Positions 59,737-64,000 of a stretch of DNA of 64,000 bases are shown here, piece after piece (positions within the stretch are counted from its first letter, which is position 1; every line of letters begins with the position of its first letter). The notes beneath the pieces are model-generated. The model was given only the letters and a program-made list of their open reading frames with translations. It was not told the origin of the DNA and did not search any database. The stretch is from an archaeon. GTDB lineage: Archaea > Nanobdellota > Nanobdellia > Woesearchaeales > JBDRAZ01. The stretch is from contig JBDRAZ010000038.1 in the NCBI GenBank assembly GCA_043823195.1, positions 3,592 to 67,591 of the forward strand, written 5' to 3'. The translations under genes were made by a program, and so were the position numbers.

Positions 59737-60816
59737 TTACAGATTGTCCTGCAACCGATGCATAATGGCATCTCTCAGTTTCTGGTTTTCGACAAATTCA
59801 TTTGCACCGCAGTTCCTGCAGTACTCAGGGAGCTTATGGTCGATGAGACGCTTCCGCGTATTGTTGTAGTAATCCCCGTACCAGATATCGCCAAGGGACT
59901 GCGTATGCAAAGAGGTGCCCTCATCGCCGAAAAGCCGGCAGCTGCCCACGATCCCGTTGGCCCTGACCGTGACCAGGTACCATGGCTCAAAACAGTGGGT
60001 TCCCAGGAAGCCATCCTGCCTGGCGCCCATGAGGTCCGTCATCTGGCTTAGCTCATTTGATTTGTCCATGAGCATGGCGTCCTGGTATTCCCCAAGGTTC
60101 GTGCGGATGCCGTACCTCATGCACTGTTTTATGTACTTCCTGACAAGCCCTGCAAACTCCTTTCTTTTTTCCTCATCCAGCGCCCACTTTTTTTCCTCAT
60201 TGTCATAGAGGATTATGGTCTGCACGTTGAGCAGGCAGCCGCCAAGCTCATGAAGAAGCCCGATGATTTCAGAGAACTGCGCATAATTGACGCTGTTTAT
60301 CACCGTATTGAAACCGATTTCCGGTCTGACGGCCCCCAGCCGGCCTTTCCATTTTTTTATCAGCCCAAGGGATCTGACTGCACGGTCAAATGCCCCGGGA
60401 AGCTGCACAATGTAATCGTGTGTGCCTGCAACCGGGCCATTGATGCTGACCCTGATTCTGTCCCAGCCCGCCTGCACCAGGCTTTCTGCCGCGGATTCAG
60501 TAAACAGTGTGCCGTTCGTGATAATGTCGCCCTCCATTCCAAGCCGCTTGATTCTTTCCATGACCCTGACCGCAGCATCACCGCGGATCATGGGCTCGCC
60601 GCCGCCGGACAGGAGCCAGTCCCTTACCCCCAGTTCTGCGGCCTCATCCACAAGATCAAGGAGGCGCTGATCGCTCAGCTCGTTTTTAAGGTCAACCCAG
60701 CCTTTCCGCTCATGGCTTCTCTGCCAGCAGAACCTGCATCTGAGGTTGCACCTGTTTGAGGTATCGAGGTGAATGCTTGACGGCCCGGGCCTATCACCAT
60801 GATGCCAGTCCAGCAT
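59737..60816 (-). CDS. radical SAM/SPASM enzyme, array member F
   Basis: IHLDTSNRCNLRCRFCW. C-terminal HCFEPWY...GSCRLFGD...IWYGDYY...YCRNCG. Start at internal MLDWHH. Confidence 0.8.
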   Translation of the reverse strand: MLDWHHGDRPGPSSIHLDTSNRCNLRCRFCWQRSHERKGWVDLKNELSDQRLLDLVDEAAELGVRDWLLSGGGEPMIRGDAAVRVMERIKRLGMEGDIITNGTLFTESAAESLVQAGWDRIRVSINGPVAGTHDYIVQLPGAFDRAVRSLGLIKKWKGRLGAVRPEIGFNTVINSVNYAQFSEIIGLLHELGGCLLNVQTIILYDNEEKKWALDEEKRKEFAGLVRKYIKQCMRYGIRTNLGEYQDAMLMDKSNELSQMTDLMGARQDGFLGTHCFEPWYLVTVRANGIVGSCRLFGDEGTSLHTQSLGDIWYGDYYNNTRKRLIDHKLPEYCRNCGANEFVENQKLRDAIMHRLQDNL

Positions 60817-60836
60817 CCGTTTCACTCTTTCTTCCA

Positions 60837-61928
60837 TCATCTTGCGCATCCCTTCAGTCCCTCTCTTAGCTCTCTCGTGGCCGATAGGGTCCAGGGATTG
60901 CACCGGGAACAGTCATCGGTTAATTTCCGGTCTGCAATTTCCTGACGTTTTCTGGTGAAATAATTGCCGTGCCAGACCTCGGCAAGGGACCTGCAGGCGA
61001 CTGAATCGCCTTTTTCCTGAAGCAGGAAACAGGGCTGGGCAGAGCCGTCTGCAAAAATCGAAATGTTATACCAGGGATGGAAACAGGGAATTGACCAGAA
61101 CTCCTGTGCCTGAAGATTGCCGGTGTCTGATATGAAGGTATCCTGCATTCTATTGGCGCTCTGGAAGAGGTCTGAATCAAGGAACATGGGAATGTTTGTG
61201 GAGACCTGGAGTTCCTCTGCTGCCGCCTGCGCTTTCTTCAGGTGAGCATATAAGCCCGGGACCTGCCGTGGGCCGAGCGCCAGTTTTTTTATCTTGCCCG
61301 ACCAGATGTTCATCGCATTGATAAGCACTTCATTGCAGCCGGTCTTAGAGGCAAATGTTATCAGATCCTCAATGTGATCATGGTTCCTGTTGCAGATGAC
61401 CGCATGGATGCATATTTGCGGCCGGTCCCTGCCCAGGGATTTCTTTGCCTCTGCGAGGCACGCTATGCCGTGCTTTACCCGCCTAAAGGTTCCCGGAACT
61501 CCTCTGAGGCTGTCGTGCGTCTGTTCGTCAGATGAGTCCAGGCTAATCGTGATCTTGTTCCAGCCGGCATCGACCAGCTGCATGGCCGTGTCCCTTGATA
61601 TAAAGGTCCCGTTTGTGATGCACTCACCTAAAAGCCCTGCCTTTTTGATATGCCCCATGATCTGAAGGGCATCGGGACGGAAGAGGGGCTCGCCGCCGCC
61701 GCAGATATGCCATTCCCTAACCCCCATTCCGGCACTTTCATCGATGAGAGACAGCCACCGCTCCAGAGGCAGCTCGTTTTCCCTTTTCAGGTCCTCTTCC
61801 CTGACAAGCGTCCTGGTAGGGCAGAACAGGCAGCTCAGGTTGCAGAAATTGGTTAGGTGAACCTGGATCTGAGTAGGCGATTGAGCTATGCCACCCCCCC
61901 ATCCGGCCAGCCTGGCCACACGTTCATC
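60837..61928 (-). CDS. radical SAM/SPASM enzyme, array member G
   Basis: VARLAGWGG...IQVHLTNFCNLSCLFCP. C-terminal PCFHPWY...QPCFLLQE...VWHGNYF...DCSRCN. Start at internal MDERVARLAGW. Confidence 0.8.
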   Translation of the reverse strand, partial: DERVARLAGWGGGIAQSPTQIQVHLTNFCNLSCLFCPTRTLVREEDLKRENELPLERWLSLIDESAGMGVREWHICGGGEPLFRPDALQIMGHIKKAGLLGECITNGTFISRDTAMQLVDAGWNKITISLDSSDEQTHDSLRGVPGTFRRVKHGIACLAEAKKSLGRDRPQICIHAVICNRNHDHIEDLITFASKTGCNEVLINAMNIWSGKIKKLALGPRQVPGLYAHLKKAQAAAEELQVSTNIPMFLDSDLFQSANRMQDTFISDTGNLQAQEFWSIPCFHPWYNISIFADGSAQPCFLLQEKGDSVACRSLAEVWHGNYFTRKRQEIADRKLTDDCSRCNPWTLSATRELREGLKGCAR

Positions 61929-61980
61929 CATTATGACCACCGGAGAACAAAGAACATAATTTAAATGTTGCTGTGATTCA

Positions 61981-62760
61981 CTAATGCAGGTATATGTTAT
62001 CGATATGGACCACGTTTGATTCGGGGCCGGCCTCGAATGCAAACATTGCACGGTTAATATCATCGTAATCCTGTTTTCCGTTCCCTATCGGATGGCCTTC
62101 CACCGGATACATGTCTTTGAGCGGAACCGTGACCAAATACCACTTGTTGCCCTCCAGCAGCCTCATGTTAACAAACCACCAGAAGTCCCCAATGACAGAG
62201 TTCCTGTCCCTGTCTTCGATGACAAAGGCCAGCAGCCTGGTGTCCTTTTCAGCCATGAATAAAAATGAGACATAGCTAAACTGACTCCAATCATGGGTTC
62301 CCGGATAATTCAGCCTGGCTGTATGAAACCCTGCACCAGTCCCATGGGAATAGCTAATCCTCAGGTGCCTTCCGCAGATGCCGCCGGTATCAACCGATGC
62401 TTCCATCCTGCTGTCCTCCTTTTCAAGCAGATAGGCCCTGAGATCGCCTTCATAATCCTCGAACAGGTAACCCGGCCCTTCCGCATCGCATGAGCCTGCC
62501 TCAGCGACTGTGCCGATCTCATGATACTGGCTGTTGACAGAGGGATCCTGACCGCTGATTTCATCAGTGCCGGTCACCTCAAAAACGGCCGGCTGGTCCA
62601 GAACATCAATGCGCCTTGTTATTGCGCCGGTAATGTCACCGACAGCAGATGTCCTGTAGAAAAGTATTCCTGCAGCAGTCAGGTTAAGGACTATCAATAC
62701 AATAAGAATCCAACTCCGAAGTGTTAGTTTCATTCCCCCGATCGGGATATTTTGTGGCAT
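61981..62760 (-). CDS. membrane-anchored hypothetical protein with extracytoplasmic beta-rich domain; first gene of the array operon
   Basis: N-terminal TM helix LRSWILIVLIVLNLTAAGILFY. The remainder is polar and aromatic-rich, possibly a carbohydrate-binding-like beta-sandwich. Confidence 0.45.
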   Translation of the reverse strand: MPQNIPIGGMKLTLRSWILIVLIVLNLTAAGILFYRTSAVGDITGAITRRIDVLDQPAVFEVTGTDEISGQDPSVNSQYHEIGTVAEAGSCDAEGPGYLFEDYEGDLRAYLLEKEDSRMEASVDTGGICGRHLRISYSHGTGAGFHTARLNYPGTHDWSQFSYVSFLFMAEKDTRLLAFVIEDRDRNSVIGDFWWFVNMRLLEGNKWYLVTVPLKDMYPVEGHPIGNGKQDYDDINRAMFAFEAGPESNVVHIDNIYLH

Positions 62761-63028
62761 TACTGCTATATAAAGGTTTCCATCGAAAATCCTGCTTCTG
62801 TTGTCCCGAAACTGCTAGACAACACGAAACTGCTAGACACTTATGAGCTCCTGCCATACTTCTGCTGGTGTTTTGTTGTTTAGGCTCAGGTGTGGCCTGT
62901 CTGTGTTGTAATGCATAATGAAGTCTTTTATGTTTTTGAACGTGATAGTTAAAACGTGATAGCACAATCGGAAATCCTGCTGAGACCTGCTTACGGCCGG
63001 GGCTGACGCCATCCCCGCGCCATATCCC

Positions 63029-64000
63029 TTAGCCCAGCCCTTTAAGTATCACGCCTGCAAGATTCTCTGCAATAAGCCGGTTTCCTTCTGTTGTTGCATG
63101 GCCGAAAGTACCTGCAAAACGGTCTATAAACAAATCATCGTATGAACAGTTGATAAGGGCGCTGTTGAAATTTGCCTCGTTAGATACGAGCATAACATCC
63201 TCATCATCCAAGATGCGCCTTACCGGATCAACGCTCAAAGTAGGATACTGCATGGCCACGTACCTGATCCCGCGTTCATTAAGAATCTGGTGCAGCATCC
63301 GGTAATGGTATGCAGTGATGTTCTCTTTTGAATCCGTGCGAGGAACAACCAGAGACAGGCCATGATTATGCAGATAATCTTCTACCTCACCCGCTGAAAC
63401 GCCCTGATTAAGCATGATTTCAGCTGCGAGGTGGTGAAAATCAACACAGTTAGGTGCGTATTGCGTAAAATCCAGGGACCAGTTAGGCATATAGCCTGGA
63501 TTGCTCTCAAGGTCCTGAGTCCTTGCAAATTCATAATATGCATATCTGGCGGTATCATTAATATTTAGGGCGTTAGTGAGAATTCTCCGAGCAGATGAAA
63601 ACCGACCCTGATTAGCGTACTCGGCAGCAAGAGCAATATGAAAATCGTACAGCTGGTCTTTCATGCCCCTTGGCATGGACCAATTATCAGATGACAGACC
63701 CTCTTGCGCCGGACCATATAATGACCTGACAATCTTGTCATCTATTAAACATGCATCATTCCCGGGGCGGGGAGGACTGATAAAGGAATATGTTTTGCCC
63801 TCAGAGAACCTGTTTAACCAAGACAAGTACAACCACACCGCCAATTTGTAAAGCCTGAAATCCTGCATGGCTAACATGGAATTGGTTTTTAAACTGCCTT
63901 CATATTTCAGCAGAACATGGGTGCGGTCGTTTACACCCATCATTGATACAACCAAATCAGGCTTGAAAGCATCAAGATTATCCCTGATTTCCTGCAGCAC
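63029..64000 (-). CDS. hypothetical protein, possibly SGNH/GDSL-like hydrolase with TPR-like region; N-terminus beyond window end
   Basis: The ORF is open to the window end. DLVVSMMGVNDRT resembles an SGNH block. Confidence 0.3.
   Translation of the reverse strand: MLQEIRDNLDAFKPDLVVSMMGVNDRTHVLLKYEGSLKTNSMLAMQDFRLYKLAVWLYLSWLNRFSEGKTYSFISPPRPGNDACLIDDKIVRSLYGPAQEGLSSDNWSMPRGMKDQLYDFHIALAAEYANQGRFSSARRILTNALNINDTARYAYYEFARTQDLESNPGYMPNWSLDFTQYAPNCVDFHHLAAEIMLNQGVSAGEVEDYLHNHGLSLVVPRTDSKENITAYHYRMLHQILNERGIRYVAMQYPTLSVDPVRRILDDEDVMLVSNEANFNSALINCSYDDLFIDRFAGTFGHATTEGNRLIAENLAGVILKGLG

Overview
The window looks like an archaeal chromosomal segment. That call rests on aEF-1alpha, aEF-2, L7Ae/S28e/L24e/L15e, tRNAs with introns and an A24 prepilin peptidase. 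Host DNA is visibly GC-richer than one AT-rich block.

Contents in order:
(1) The 3' part of an alpha-glucan phosphorylase gene plus GT4 glycosyltransferase and secreted proteins.
(2) An ~11.9-kb AT-rich integrated element (5817-17748) inserted at the 3' end of an intron-containing tRNA-Ser(CGA). It is bounded by a 15-bp direct repeat and carries a tyrosine integrase, a VRR-NUC nuclease with Zn ribbon, a Cas4-like Fe-S nuclease, a large P-loop NTPase, an AbrB-like regulator and an M48 protease.
(3) A UbiA prenyltransferase, an SRAP (YedK/HMCES) protein and a tRNA-Glu with an apparent non-canonical D-loop intron.
(4) The conserved archaeal translation cluster S10 / EF-1alpha / EF-2 / NDK / L24e / S28e / L7Ae, then L15e.
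(5) A ThiI-like PP-loop protein with a ThiF/MoeB E1 enzyme.
(6) A compact operon of two SPASM radical-SAM enzymes flanking a translationally coupled 70-aa peptide, preceded by two paralogous small proteins and a prepilin peptidase. This resembles a divergent His-Xaa-Ser (Hxs)-type paired radical-SAM maturation system.
(7) PGK, a frameshifted bacterial-type GAPDH, PEP synthase and a citramalate/isopropylmalate-synthase-family enzyme.
(8) The most striking feature: a ~14-kb co-directional array (48.4-62.8 kb, minus strand) of seven paralogous SPASM-type radical-SAM enzymes, two paralogous cobalamin-binding (class B) radical-SAM enzymes, a GT39/ArnT-like membrane glycosyltransferase, a Dol-P-sugar-synthase-like GT2 and a membrane-anchored beta-sandwich protein. 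No known pathway explains it.

All calls rest on motif recognition by eye. No database search was run.
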